From the NCBI GenBank assembly GCA_016211215.1, contig JACQSR010000018.1, positions 1-54,334 on the forward strand: 54,334 nt of DNA, in the 5' to 3' direction. The notes beneath the pieces are model-generated. The model was given only the letters and a program-made list of their open reading frames with translations, was not told where the DNA came from and searched no databases. This document shows positions 37,815 to 47,514 of the stretch, one piece after another. Positions within the stretch are counted from its first letter, which is position 1, and the number at the start of each line of letters is the position of its first letter. This DNA is from Candidatus Woesearchaeota archaeon (GTDB lineage: Archaea; Nanobdellota; Nanobdellia; Woesearchaeales; JACQSR01). The translations under genes were made by a program, and so were the position numbers.

Positions 37815-38480
37815 ATGGAAAAAAGGCGCGCAATCAGGCTAACTGAAGAATTTGTGAAGAAAAGGCTCTCGGGCGACAGCTCTGGCCATGACTGGTGGCA
37901 CATCCAGCGCGTCAGAAAGCTTTCGTTGTTCATTGCAAAAAGGGAGAAAGCCGACCTGTTTATTGTTGAGCTTGCCGCGCTGCTTCACGACATTGGGGAC
38001 TGGAAATTCCACGGGGATGAAAAAGGCTCTCAGATTGCCAAAGCATGGCTTGAAAGACTAAAGGCGGATGAAAAAGTAATTGGACAGGTATATGAAATTA
38101 TAGACAATGTGTCGTTCAAGGGCGCAGGCGTTGCATCAAATATACAATCATTGGAAGGCAGAATTGTGCAGGATGCAGACAGGTTGGACGCAATTGGCGC
38201 AATAGGCATCGGAAGGACCTTCGCGTACGGCGGCTATTCAGGACGCGCAATGCACAACCCCTCAGTAAAGCCCAGGCTGCACAAGTCCTTCGAGGAGTAC
38301 AGGAAAAGCAAAAACCCCACCATAAACCATTTCTATGAAAAGCTTTTATTGCTCAAAGGCAGGATGAACACAAAAACTGCAAGAAAGATTGCAGAAAGAA
38401 GGCATAAGTTCATGGAATTTTACCTAAAAGAGTTCTTCAGGGAGTGGTATGGGAAGGATTACAGGAAACAAAAGGCTTAA
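37815..38480 (+). CDS. HD-domain phosphohydrolase
   Basis: GHDWWHIQRV, LLHD, QDADRLDAIGAIG, HFYEKLL. Confidence 0.92.
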   Translation: MEKRRAIRLTEEFVKKRLSGDSSGHDWWHIQRVRKLSLFIAKREKADLFIVELAALLHDIGDWKFHGDEKGSQIAKAWLERLKADEKVIGQVYEIIDNVSFKGAGVASNIQSLEGRIVQDADRLDAIGAIGIGRTFAYGGYSGRAMHNPSVKPRLHKSFEEYRKSKNPTINHFYEKLLLLKGRMNTKTARKIAERRHKFMEFYLKEFFREWYGKDYRKQKA

Positions 38481-38502
38481 ATACTTAGTAATACTTAGTA
38501 AT
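38481..38502 (+). promoter_or_regulatory. Tandem direct-repeat operator upstream of RHH gene
   Basis: ATACTTAGTA x2 between the TTAAATA box and ATG 38506. Confidence 0.5.
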
Positions 38503-38505
38503 CCC

Positions 38506-38766
38506 ATGGAAGCCATATGCGTTAAGTTTGATGAGGATTTTATCCATACAATGGAAGACGTGATGAAGAAGAACAGGTACTCCACTAAAGCAGAGTTTAT
38601 AAGGGAAGCGGTAAGGGAAAAACTCTCCAGGCTGGAAAAAGAGAAGATACTGAGAAACCTTTACATGCTGAAAGGGGCCTCAAAAAGAAAAACAAGTGAT
38701 GGTGAGTTGCACGCTGCACGTGAAAAAGCCTTCAAGATTCTTGAGAGCAAGTTTGACGTTAAATAA
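38506..38766 (+). CDS. CopG/RHH-family regulator or antitoxin
   Basis: ICVKFD...YSTKAEFIREAVREK. Confidence 0.8.
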   Translation: MEAICVKFDEDFIHTMEDVMKKNRYSTKAEFIREAVREKLSRLEKEKILRNLYMLKGASKRKTSDGELHAAREKAFKILESKFDVK

Positions 38767-39175
38767 TGTCTTGGGGCATTGTCGGTTCAGCTATGTCCAG
38801 CAATTTCTTAAAATGCCTGTCCAGCGTCACCAATGTTGCCCGGCAATCCCTTGAAATAAGGGCATGTAAGGCATCTCCCTGCGGCAAATTCCGTTTATTT
38901 GACAGGTCTTTTGCCTTCCTTACCTGTTTTTCGGTTGATTCGGTAAATAGGAGTATTGGCCCGATTTCCCTGAACAATCCTTCAATCTCATGGGGCGAAT
39001 AGCCCGCTATGCCAAGTTCCAGCACAATAATGTCTGAATAGACTATCTTATCATTATTCTCCGTAACTTTAGCCAAAAGTTTACGGGCCCATTCACCTTT
39101 GGGGATGTTAGGCTCATTTCTATCCTCAAAGAAGTCCAACCAAATTGATGTGTCCAAATAGTACTTCCGAGCCAT
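38759..39175 (-). CDS. PIN-domain protein
   Basis: YYLDTSIWLD, EL, GDALHA, TLDRHF. Confidence 0.88.
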   Translation of the reverse strand: MARKYYLDTSIWLDFFEDRNEPNIPKGEWARKLLAKVTENNDKIVYSDIIVLELGIAGYSPHEIEGLFREIGPILLFTESTEKQVRKAKDLSNKRNLPQGDALHALISRDCRATLVTLDRHFKKLLDIAEPTMPQDII

Positions 39176-39237
39176 TCAAGAAGGGAACACTGGGCAATAT
39201 TTATACCCTCGTCCGGAAAATCCGTAGAATTTGCGGC

Positions 39238-40017
39238 TTAAAATAAACCCCTGGAAGCCCCGCCGTCAACTGAAATGGTAGTTCCTGTGATAAAGCATTG
39301 CTCTGATGCAAGAAAGCTCACAAGATTTCCGAGCTCCATCGGGTTCTGAAGCCTTCCAATTGGAATTCCTTTTACAATTTCCTCCTCAATATCCTTAAGT
39401 GATTTCTTTGCCGTTGTTTTCAGCTTCATAATCTGCATGTACCTTTCCGTCCTGAATGCAGCAGGGCATACATTGTTTATGAAAACGTTGTCCTTCGCAA
39501 ACTCTTTTGAGAGAACTTTTGCCATGCCTATTATCCCCACCCTGTAAACATCCGACAGTATCAAAGAATCAATCGGCTCTTTTACCGCAATCGAAGTTGA
39601 ATTTATAATCCTTCCAAAATTCTGCTTCCTCATTATTGGCAGCACTAGCCTATGCAACCTTACTGCAGGCATAAGAAGCATGTCATGGGCTTCTTTCCAG
39701 TCTTCATCCCCAAAGTCAAAGAAATTTCCCGGTTTTGGCCCCGGAGTGTTGTTGAAAAGTATATGTACCGTGCCAAAAGTTTCAATCACTTTTCCAACCA
39801 TTGTTTCGACGTCTTTTTTCTCGGTTAAGTCGCATCTTATCGCAAGAACCTTCCTTTTGTATTTTCTCTCCAGTTCCTTTTTTGCTGCATCAAGATTTTT
39901 GCTGTCATGCGAGCATATTGCAACTTGGGCATTATCCCTTAGAAGGGCTTCCGCGCACGCCTTCCCCAGCCCTTTTGAGGATGCGCAAACAATTGCAACA
40001 CGCTGTTTGTGGTCCAT
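39238..40017 (-). CDS. Short-chain dehydrogenase/reductase
   Basis: ASSKGLG, CDL, FGRIIN, IPIGR, ITGTTISVDGG. Confidence 0.9.
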   Translation of the reverse strand: MDHKQRVAIVCASSKGLGKACAEALLRDNAQVAICSHDSKNLDAAKKELERKYKRKVLAIRCDLTEKKDVETMVGKVIETFGTVHILFNNTPGPKPGNFFDFGDEDWKEAHDMLLMPAVRLHRLVLPIMRKQNFGRIINSTSIAVKEPIDSLILSDVYRVGIIGMAKVLSKEFAKDNVFINNVCPAAFRTERYMQIMKLKTTAKKSLKDIEEEIVKGIPIGRLQNPMELGNLVSFLASEQCFITGTTISVDGGASRGLF

Positions 40018-40122
40018 GCATCACCCCTCATTAAGCAAGGATATAAATTTTTGGCTTTGAAACCACAAGATTTATAAATAAAATTACTACCCACTAGTGA
40101 AATTATTTTGGGTGATGCAGAT

Positions 40123-40413
40123 ATGCCAAGTGTTGATGATGTGGTTAAGGGCATTGAAAAGGCTCCGCTTACAGATGAAGTTAAAATCAGGGCGATAAAG
40201 GCCGTTAGAGGGTGTGAATGGCTTCCGCAAGAGCTGGCTCGTTGCCCTTCTAACGGAGATAATCTTGAGGGAGGCATAGTTTGGCGGATTAGGGATTCGC
40301 TGGAGCCTGTTCTGGTTAACAACAGTGTAGAGTATGGGGCAAGAATGGATACATACTGTCACATATACCTCTCAATTGGCGGCACAAAGGAAGTGCGATT
40401 CCAGACAGGGTGA
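40123..40413 (+). CDS. Hypothetical protein
   Basis: TTTATAAATA and a GGTGA RBS upstream. No motif recognised. Confidence 0.5.
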   Translation: MPSVDDVVKGIEKAPLTDEVKIRAIKAVRGCEWLPQELARCPSNGDNLEGGIVWRIRDSLEPVLVNNSVEYGARMDTYCHIYLSIGGTKEVRFQTG

Positions 40414-40492
40414 TTTTTTGTCAGGAGTATCTAACATAACTTCTCGCAGACAAAAATAAAGATTTATATACCTACTTAAGATATATCCCAAA

Positions 40493-40843
40493 ATGAAACT
40501 TTTAATCTGGTTGGTTGTCTTGATTGTGCCTGCGCTTCTGCTCTTAGGCTGTTCCACAAAAAACTATGATACATTGGCAAAATGCCTCTCGGAAAAAGGC
40601 GTGAAAATGTACGGCGCATACTGGTGCCCGCACTGCCAGAACCAGGAGAAGATGTTCGGCGATAGCTGGAAATATGTCACCTATGTTGAATGCTCTTTGC
40701 CCAACCGCGCAGGCCAGACCCAAATCTGCAAGGACGCAAAGATTGAGGGATATCCAACATGGGAGTTTTCAGACGGCAGCAGGCTTAGCGGGGAATTGTC
40801 TTTTGAAACTCTAAGCCAGAAGAGCGGCTGCAATACCGAATAG
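40493..40843 (+). CDS. Exported thioredoxin/glutaredoxin-like protein (lipobox)
   Basis: LLLGC, YGAYWCPHC, YVEC, GYPTW. Confidence 0.85.
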   Translation: MKLLIWLVVLIVPALLLLGCSTKNYDTLAKCLSEKGVKMYGAYWCPHCQNQEKMFGDSWKYVTYVECSLPNRAGQTQICKDAKIEGYPTWEFSDGSRLSGELSFETLSQKSGCNTE

Positions 40844-40883
40844 TTCGGATACATTTTTAAAAAATAGCTGATTCTTCACCAAT

Positions 40884-41786
40884 ATGCCACTCGACCATGA
40901 GCCACTGGAGATAATAAGCATTAAAGAAACTGAAGTTCGACCACAGCGGATTAGCAAAAACGCCTCATGGAACCATGCGATGAACCTTCTTGCTCACGCA
41001 GCTGAGAAATACTTAATCGGCATTGACGGTTCAATTAAAGTCGAGGAAATCACCTATAAACCCGGGGTAAGAAATCCTTTTTCAAGAAACCATGAAAGCA
41101 AGGCATGGCATTACGTCGCTTCAAATGACGCTGCAGTAATTGTTCTTCCCCAACGCGGTTCTGGCTACAACTTCGCCCAGCCTGTTTGCCGTTATTTGGC
41201 GAGCAACGGCATCAGCGCATACGAACTTGAGGCCCCGCTGAGAAAAGACAATCTTCCTGAAGGCATTGAGAGTGTTTTAAACATCGAATACGACCTATTA
41301 TCATTGAAGGAATTTTTTCGCAATGCAGTTACGGATGCAAGAGGCATTGCTGACATTGCAACCGAGGAAAAGATAGGCATCCTCGGCATTAGCATTGGCG
41401 CAATCTTCTCAAGCGTTGTTTATGGAATTGACGATAGATTCACAAGCGCATGCCTGGTAATGGGCGGCGGTAATCTTCCCTATTTGCTCAAGCACTCCCC
41501 ACGCAAACTCGTAAGGCACCTCTACTCCTGCCTCGGCGATTTGAGGGAAGAAGACGTTTCGGACATTGAGCCCTGCAATTTAGCCGCTCCCCATAAGGCA
41601 GGAAATCTCCTTATAGTAAGTGCAGCACATGACAAATCCATTCCTGCCCATTCAAGAAATGCATTGTGGGAAGCCTGGGGAAGGCCGGAACAATACCTGC
41701 TGGGAGACGGCCACTTTAGCATCATCAGAAAAGTCCCGAAATTGCTGCCAAAAATCCTAGAACATTATGAGAGGACGTTGAAGTAA
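40884..41786 (+). CDS. Alpha/beta-hydrolase
   Basis: GISIG nucleophile elbow; HDKSIP (Asp); DGH (His). Confidence 0.8.
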   Translation: MPLDHEPLEIISIKETEVRPQRISKNASWNHAMNLLAHAAEKYLIGIDGSIKVEEITYKPGVRNPFSRNHESKAWHYVASNDAAVIVLPQRGSGYNFAQPVCRYLASNGISAYELEAPLRKDNLPEGIESVLNIEYDLLSLKEFFRNAVTDARGIADIATEEKIGILGISIGAIFSSVVYGIDDRFTSACLVMGGGNLPYLLKHSPRKLVRHLYSCLGDLREEDVSDIEPCNLAAPHKAGNLLIVSAAHDKSIPAHSRNALWEAWGRPEQYLLGDGHFSIIRKVPKLLPKILEHYERTLK

Positions 41787-41908
41787 TCCTGCCTAAACCA
41801 TAAATCCAGTAACATCAATTTATAGGGGTTTTAGAATTCACATCTCTGCTTCACAAAGATTGGATTTTTTCATCACTGCTTCTCTAAGGAAAAAAGTTGT
41901 TGTAAAAT

Positions 41909-42034
41909 CTCAATTTTCCACCATTCTCTGAATGGTGGAATAAACTATGGAAAATTGAGGGTCCAGAAAAACGACCCGAGCGACCGAAGGGAGCGAGCAT
42001 GCCATCGGTCTTTGACCGATGGTGGTCGTTTTTC
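41909..42034. repeat. Multi-hairpin intergenic element (REP/MITE-like or structured RNA)
   Basis: Inverted repeats at 41909-20/41948-59 (12 bp), 41916-26/41930-40 (11 bp), 41966-76/42024-34 (11 bp) and 42002-10/42014-22 (9 bp). Confidence 0.65.
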
Positions 42035-42095
42035 GCTTGACACCAGAACCGGACGGTTCAAGAATTGCTGGAGAGGTTTCCTTTGCTACACTTAG

Positions 42096-42632
42096 TCAAA
42101 AAATCTTGATGAGCGGTGAAACCTTAGTGACCCCGGAGATTATATCAATTATCTCCCTTCTGTCTCTCTGTTCCTGTTTAGAATAACCTAAATTAAAAAA
42201 ACCAGAGAGGTAAATCATAATATCTTTAGCATCGTCCCTGCTGATTGGAGATTTCCTTCTAACCTCCTTCAACCCCTCATGTTCCAAAAGCTCCGCCAAA
42301 TCGCCATTGATTCCGTAAATCCTTTCTACAGGGTCAATCCCAATCCCCTTCATAGGCGTAAATGAATAAAGATTATCGCGGGAATATAGCTCACATCCAT
42401 TATAGCGTGTTACTGTAAAATCATTAAAAAGAGCTTCCATCACATTCCAAGGCGAATCGGCAATAAACGCAGCTGTTCTTGGCACTCCGGCCTGCCTGCT
42501 TATAATCCCACCCTCGGAAACATGGCTGTACGGAACCAGTGATACCACAGTAAATTTCCCTGCCGTCTTATCAACTATAGTACCACACGTAGTATCACGC
42601 TCGGACCGCGGAACGATTATCTCCCCTACCAT
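42096..42632 (-). CDS. Hypothetical protein
   Basis: 178-aa ORF with TATA-like sequence upstream. No motif recognised. Confidence 0.55.
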   Translation of the reverse strand: MVGEIIVPRSERDTTCGTIVDKTAGKFTVVSLVPYSHVSEGGIISRQAGVPRTAAFIADSPWNVMEALFNDFTVTRYNGCELYSRDNLYSFTPMKGIGIDPVERIYGINGDLAELLEHEGLKEVRRKSPISRDDAKDIMIYLSGFFNLGYSKQEQRDRREIIDIISGVTKVSPLIKIF

Positions 42633-42691
42633 GTTGTGGGGGAGTGTCGGGCAGGTTAAAAAACTTTGGATTACCCCAAACCTTTATATAG

Positions 42692-42711
42692 AAGTTCGTA
42701 TATACGAACTT
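42692..42711. promoter_or_regulatory. DtxR/TroR-type operator
   Basis: Perfect 20-bp palindrome AAGTTCGTATATACGAACTT between TTTATATA (42683-42690) and the repressor ATG (42714). Confidence 0.8.
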
Positions 42712-42713
42712 TA

Positions 42714-43112
42714 ATGACTCCCAAAAGGGAAGATTATCTCAGGGCAATTGACCACCTGCAGGAAAAGCACAAAAGGAACGTAAAGGCAATTGAAGTGGCA
42801 AAATACATGAAGCTGGCAAAGTCAACTGTGTCAGAACGTCTTGATGAGCTTGTAAAAGAAAATCTTCTTAAGCCAAAAAGGTACTCAACCCTTGAGCTCA
42901 CAAGGAAAGGCAAGATTCTTGCAAGAAAAATGACCTACAAGCACCGCCTCATTGAAGTTTTTTTGCGCACCTCGCTTAAGATGAAGGATGTCCATGAAGA
43001 GGCGCATAAGCTGGAACACGCCTTTTCTGACTCTGCAATTGAAAAGCTAAGGTCGTTCCTCAACAACCCGCAATACTGCCCGCACGGCAAGCCATTGCCA
43101 AAGATAAGATGA
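42714..43112 (+). CDS. DtxR/MntR-family metal-dependent repressor
   Basis: EDYLRAI, STVS, KHRLIEVFL, HEEAHKLEH, CPHG. Confidence 0.93.
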   Translation: MTPKREDYLRAIDHLQEKHKRNVKAIEVAKYMKLAKSTVSERLDELVKENLLKPKRYSTLELTRKGKILARKMTYKHRLIEVFLRTSLKMKDVHEEAHKLEHAFSDSAIEKLRSFLNNPQYCPHGKPLPKIR

Positions 43113-43996
43113 TAAATAAAAAAACAGCCCTCATTGCAGTCCTTGTTATAGCTTTGCTGCTTTCCTCCTGCGAAAAAACCGATGATGGGAAAAAAACAGC
43201 CATCTCAACCATCAACATCATCAACGATTTCGTTAAAAACGTTGCCGGAGACAAAATAGGGGCAGTACCGCTGCTTCCCGTTGGCTCCGACCCGCACATA
43301 TACGAGCCGGTTCCCAGAGATGTCCAGAAGATTGCAGAGTCGGATATAGTCTTCTACAACGGCTTCAACCTTGAAAAATGGCTTTTTGAGATTCTTGAAA
43401 ATGCGGGCAGCTCAAGGCAGGCATTTCAGGTGGCAAGAAATCTGGAGCCGATGAAAAGCCCAAAAGGCGACCCTGACCCGCATCTCTGGATGGACCCTGT
43501 TTATGCAGTTACGTATGTTGAAAACATCAGGGATTCGCTGTCAGAATTCGATCCTGAAAATGCAGAATATTACTGGCAAAATGCGGAAAGCTATATCAAA
43601 CAGCTTGAAGAGCTGGATGAATGGATTAAATCAAAGGTTGCAGAAATCCCCGAGGAGAAAAGAAAGCTTGTTACAACGCATGACGCATACGCCTACTTTG
43701 GCAAACGTTACGGCTTTAAAGTTATAGGCAGCATATGGGGAATTACGACAGAAGACGAGCCATCTGCAAAAGAGATAGCTTTATTGGTCGACAAGATTAA
43801 TTCCGAGAAGGTTCCTGCTGTATTTTTTGAAACCACAATTAACCCAAAACTTATGCAAAGGGTCGCAGCTGAGGCAAACGTAAAGCTCGGAAAGCCGCTT
43901 TATGGGGATTCACTTGGCCCCGAAGGAAGCGGCGCAGATACCTATATTAAGATGGTAAAAACGAATGTGGAAAATATAGTCGAGGCGCTGAAATGA
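43109..43996 (+). CDS. Mn/Zn/Fe ABC transporter substrate-binding lipoprotein (TroA-like)
   Basis: LLSSC lipobox, DPHIYEP, DPHLW, HDAYAY, GDSL. Confidence 0.93.
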   Translation: MINKKTALIAVLVIALLLSSCEKTDDGKKTAISTINIINDFVKNVAGDKIGAVPLLPVGSDPHIYEPVPRDVQKIAESDIVFYNGFNLEKWLFEILENAGSSRQAFQVARNLEPMKSPKGDPDPHLWMDPVYAVTYVENIRDSLSEFDPENAEYYWQNAESYIKQLEELDEWIKSKVAEIPEEKRKLVTTHDAYAYFGKRYGFKVIGSIWGITTEDEPSAKEIALLVDKINSEKVPAVFFETTINPKLMQRVAAEANVKLGKPLYGDSLGPEGSGADTYIKMVKTNVENIVEALK

Positions 43997-44721
43997 ATGC
44001 CATTGAAACAAAAAACCTGACCGTAAGCTATGACAGGCAGCCGGTAATTAGGGGAGTAAGCATCGAAATTAAGGAGAAGCAGATAGTCGGGATTATAGGG
44101 CCGAACGGCGCAGGAAAAAGCACATTGCTGAAGGCCATGGTTGGCCTGCTTCCCATAGACTCAGGCAATGTATCAATATTCGGAAAGGCCGTAAGCGATG
44201 CCAGGCATTTGATTGCCTACATTCCCCAGAGAAGCGAGATTGACTGGGACTTTCCGGTAACGGTGAACGATGTTGTAACGATGGGCAGGTACAAAAAGAT
44301 TGGCATGTTCAGGAGGCCAAAAAAAACTGACCATGAAATTGCCAGAAAATCATTGCGGGAAGTCGGCATGCTCCAGTATTCGGACAGGAGCATCGGGCAG
44401 CTTTCCGGAGGCCAGCAGCAGCGTGTTTTCATTGCAAGGGCCCTTGTCCAGCAAACCCCGATATTAATGCTCGACGAGCCCTTTGTCGGCATAGACGCAA
44501 CAACTGAAAAGTCCATCTGGCAGCTTCTTCATAAACTGAAGGGCCAAAAGACAATTATTGTGGTAAACCATAACCTCACCGAGAGCATAAAAAATTACGA
44601 CAAGGTTGCTCTGATAAACCAGAGGCTTATTGCCTACTGCAATCCCAAGCTGCTGAATCAGGAAATAATCCAAAAAACATACACCGGAAGGCTTACCCTG
44701 CTCGAGGAGCTGCAGCAATGA
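43993..44721 (+). CDS. Metal ABC transporter ATP-binding protein
   Basis: GPNGAGKS, YIPQ, LSGGQQQR, LDEP. Confidence 0.95.
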   Translation: MNAIETKNLTVSYDRQPVIRGVSIEIKEKQIVGIIGPNGAGKSTLLKAMVGLLPIDSGNVSIFGKAVSDARHLIAYIPQRSEIDWDFPVTVNDVVTMGRYKKIGMFRRPKKTDHEIARKSLREVGMLQYSDRSIGQLSGGQQQRVFIARALVQQTPILMLDEPFVGIDATTEKSIWQLLHKLKGQKTIIVVNHNLTESIKNYDKVALINQRLIAYCNPKLLNQEIIQKTYTGRLTLLEELQQ

Positions 44722-45932
44722 TAAGCTACCTTATCGACCCATTCCAGTATGAATTCATGGTAAGGGCTTTAATAGCCTCTCTTCTTGTCGGCATTGTCTG
44801 TTCCATACTGAGCTGCTATCTTGTTGTAAAGAAATGGGCTTTGCTCGGCGACGCAATTTCGCATGCAGTCCTGCCCGGAGTTGCAATTGCCTTCATGCTC
44901 AATATCCCATTTTTCATCGGGGCGCTGTTTACGGGAATTGCAACCGCGCTTGGAATAGGCCTTGTCACAAAATACAGCAAAGTCAAGGAAGACGCTGCCA
45001 TTGGCGTAATGTTCACAACAGCCTTTGCTTTTGGAATCCTGCTTCTTAGCCTGATTAGGGCAAAGAGCATTGATTTGTACCACATCCTTTTTGGAAATGT
45101 ATTGGGAGTTTCCACAACAGATATGATTATCACGGCAGTTTCGGGGTTGGTGGTGCTTGTAACCATAATCCTGCTTTTCAAGGAGCTTTTGCTTCACGCC
45201 TTTGACCCGATAATGGCTTCCTCAATAGGATTGCCAACCTCTTTCTTCCACTACCTTCTGATGTTTCTCCTTTCAGTTACAATTGTGGCATCCCTGCAGA
45301 CAGTAGGCATAGTGCTTGTCATTGCAATGCTGATTACCCCCGGGGCTGCCGCTTATCTCCTCGTAAGGAGGCTTTCCCATATGATGCTTGTTGCAGCCGG
45401 AATCGGCATTGTGTCTTCGCTGGCCGGCCTCTACTTCTCCTACTACCTTAATGTCGCCTCAGGCGCAATGATGGTGCTTGTTGCGGGGCTGATATTCCTC
45501 CTTGCATTTTTGTTCTCTCCCAGGGAAGGTGTTATCTGGAAAACAATAAGGAAGCGCAGAATTGCGCTAAACACCATGCTTGAGGATTGCCTGCTTTCAG
45601 TTTACAGGCTCTCGGACGGAAAAGGTTATGTTGGAATAGAAAAGGCTGAGCACCCGTCTGTAGTAAGCACTCTGGAAAAGCAAAAATTGGCAAATGTGAA
45701 AGGTAGCCTTGTCAGGCTATCGCCGCTGGGAATGAAAAGGGCAACCTATCTTATAAAAGTCCACAGGCTCTGGGAAACTTACCTGGTCGAAAAGGCGGAT
45801 ATTCCAACAGAGCATGTCCACGATTTTGCGCACAAATACGAGCACATCACCCCAGTTAATGTTGCATCGGAAATGAACAGGGTTCTCAATCACCCAAAAA
45901 GAGACCCGCATGGGCATAGGATTCCGAGATAG
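44718..45932 (+). CDS. Metal ABC permease fused to a C-terminal DtxR-like domain
   Basis: GDAISHAVLPG, EDAAIG, FDP permease motifs, then HRLWETYL...HDFAHKYEH...DPHG. Confidence 0.9.
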   Translation: MISYLIDPFQYEFMVRALIASLLVGIVCSILSCYLVVKKWALLGDAISHAVLPGVAIAFMLNIPFFIGALFTGIATALGIGLVTKYSKVKEDAAIGVMFTTAFAFGILLLSLIRAKSIDLYHILFGNVLGVSTTDMIITAVSGLVVLVTIILLFKELLLHAFDPIMASSIGLPTSFFHYLLMFLLSVTIVASLQTVGIVLVIAMLITPGAAAYLLVRRLSHMMLVAAGIGIVSSLAGLYFSYYLNVASGAMMVLVAGLIFLLAFLFSPREGVIWKTIRKRRIALNTMLEDCLLSVYRLSDGKGYVGIEKAEHPSVVSTLEKQKLANVKGSLVRLSPLGMKRATYLIKVHRLWETYLVEKADIPTEHVHDFAHKYEHITPVNVASEMNRVLNHPKRDPHGHRIPR

Positions 45933-46427
45933 TTAACCAAATGAATATTCCTCTAGCTTATAAATCTGGGCAACAAGAACTTCCTTCCAGTCTGCTATAA
46001 TTTGGCTGAACTGCTGCCTTATCCTCAGCTTTCTTTTTTCCAGGTCAGCCACATTTTTTACCAGCATTACAATGTAAATGTCGTAGTCCCCCGCCATTGC
46101 CATTAGGTTTATTACTCTTGGGTCTTTTTTCAGTGTTTGAATCAGGTTTTCATAATCCTTCTCTTTGATGTCCTTCAGCTTCAGGTATATATGAACCCCA
46201 ATTGGAAGCCCGATGGCGGCTGAGTCAACCTGCAGGGCATATTTGGTTATTACTTTGCCTTCCTCCAGTTTTTGAATCCTTTTCTTGATGGAATCGATGG
46301 ACAGCCCTATCTTTTTTGAAAGCTCTATGAGCCTTATTCGTGAATTCTCCCCCAGATAACCCAATATTTTCAGGTCAGTGCTGTCAATATCCCTTAATTC
46401 TTCGGTTTTAACCTTCTTTATTGCCAT
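45933..46427 (-). CDS. Lrp/AsnC-family transcriptional regulator
   Basis: DSTDLKIL..L.ENSR...ELSKKIGLS...RIQKLEE, GDYD. Start moved to 46427. Confidence 0.88.
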   Translation of the reverse strand: MAIKKVKTEELRDIDSTDLKILGYLGENSRIRLIELSKKIGLSIDSIKKRIQKLEEGKVITKYALQVDSAAIGLPIGVHIYLKLKDIKEKDYENLIQTLKKDPRVINLMAMAGDYDIYIVMLVKNVADLEKRKLRIRQQFSQIIADWKEVLVAQIYKLEEYSFG

Positions 46428-46548
46428 TTTTATCTTAATTATTAAGGAAATATATAAATCTATCCAAAAAATTAAGATAAAGTAATAGAAAAGTATAAAT
46501 AATCCTTGCATCCACATCCCCATTAGACAACTACTAAAAGGTAACAAA

Positions 46549-47487
46549 ATGACCTATCGACGAAAACAAATGGTCTATAACCCACCGGGAAAAATTGAAT
46601 TAAACGGGGATTATCCAGAATTTGGAAAATGGGTGAACCCTTCTGATTTAGATAGGAAGCATAAGGGAATAACACCAGAACAAGAAGAAAGAGGTTTGAC
46701 TAAGAAAACAGGGAATATTATTTTGATGGTTTCCAAGAGACTTGAGGACCTTGAGAGAATAAGTAACGAGTGCTCACCGGATATAAGCTCGGTTATTCCG
46801 GATGGAAAAAGTTATTCCAGAGAAGACGTAATTGGATTATTGGAGGATTTAACAATAACTTGGAAAACTCCCACCATATATGTTGGTAGGAGAGGAGACC
46901 TACGCCGTGCAGAAGAACAAAAATCCAACTTCAAAATTAATTTACAAAGAATGATTAATCAAGTTGATGTATACCTTGAAAATAGGCATAATTTCTATTT
47001 TGAAGAAATAGGTCACAGTTTTTACGACGATCAGCGATTATTGAAATATTGCCTCGCAATGGACCCTGTTTTTTGTTTTTTGGATGGTCTTGAGAAAATG
47101 ATTCGTGGTTGGAACTCACGCCTTCCCTCCGAAAGTGAATATCGTATAACCGGTTGTAAAATTTACGAACTACAGGAGTTAATCGAAAATAGAACAATGA
47201 AGAAGGAAACTTACCAAAAAATATTGAATGGTTCAAATCCGAAAATAAATCGCTTATTAAAATCATTTGAAGTGGCTATTAAACAAAAAACTCCCACCAT
47301 ACATATTAGAAATAATGATAAGTACCTTAATGGCTGCTTAGAATATCTTAAAAGAGAATTAAAAGGGGGCAGAGTCAGAAACCCCATTGAAGTAAGGCCA
47401 GGAATATTGTATGGCGGAGATAAAGAAGTTAAATATCAAAGGGATATGCAGGCTATGAGAGAACATTATGGAAAAAAATCCAAGTAA
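46549..47487 (+). CDS. Hypothetical protein
   Basis: 312-aa ORF in visibly AT-rich DNA. No motif recognised. Confidence 0.65.
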   Translation: MTYRRKQMVYNPPGKIELNGDYPEFGKWVNPSDLDRKHKGITPEQEERGLTKKTGNIILMVSKRLEDLERISNECSPDISSVIPDGKSYSREDVIGLLEDLTITWKTPTIYVGRRGDLRRAEEQKSNFKINLQRMINQVDVYLENRHNFYFEEIGHSFYDDQRLLKYCLAMDPVFCFLDGLEKMIRGWNSRLPSESEYRITGCKIYELQELIENRTMKKETYQKILNGSNPKINRLLKSFEVAIKQKTPTIHIRNNDKYLNGCLEYLKRELKGGRVRNPIEVRPGILYGGDKEVKYQRDMQAMREHYGKKSK

Positions 47488-47514
47488 ACATTTTTATTGA
47501 ATTTACCAGTAATA

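Noticed and set aside
47230-47241. GGTTCAAATCC, resembling a tRNA T-loop
   Set aside because: It lies inside a long ORF, with no acceptor stem or cloverleaf around it.
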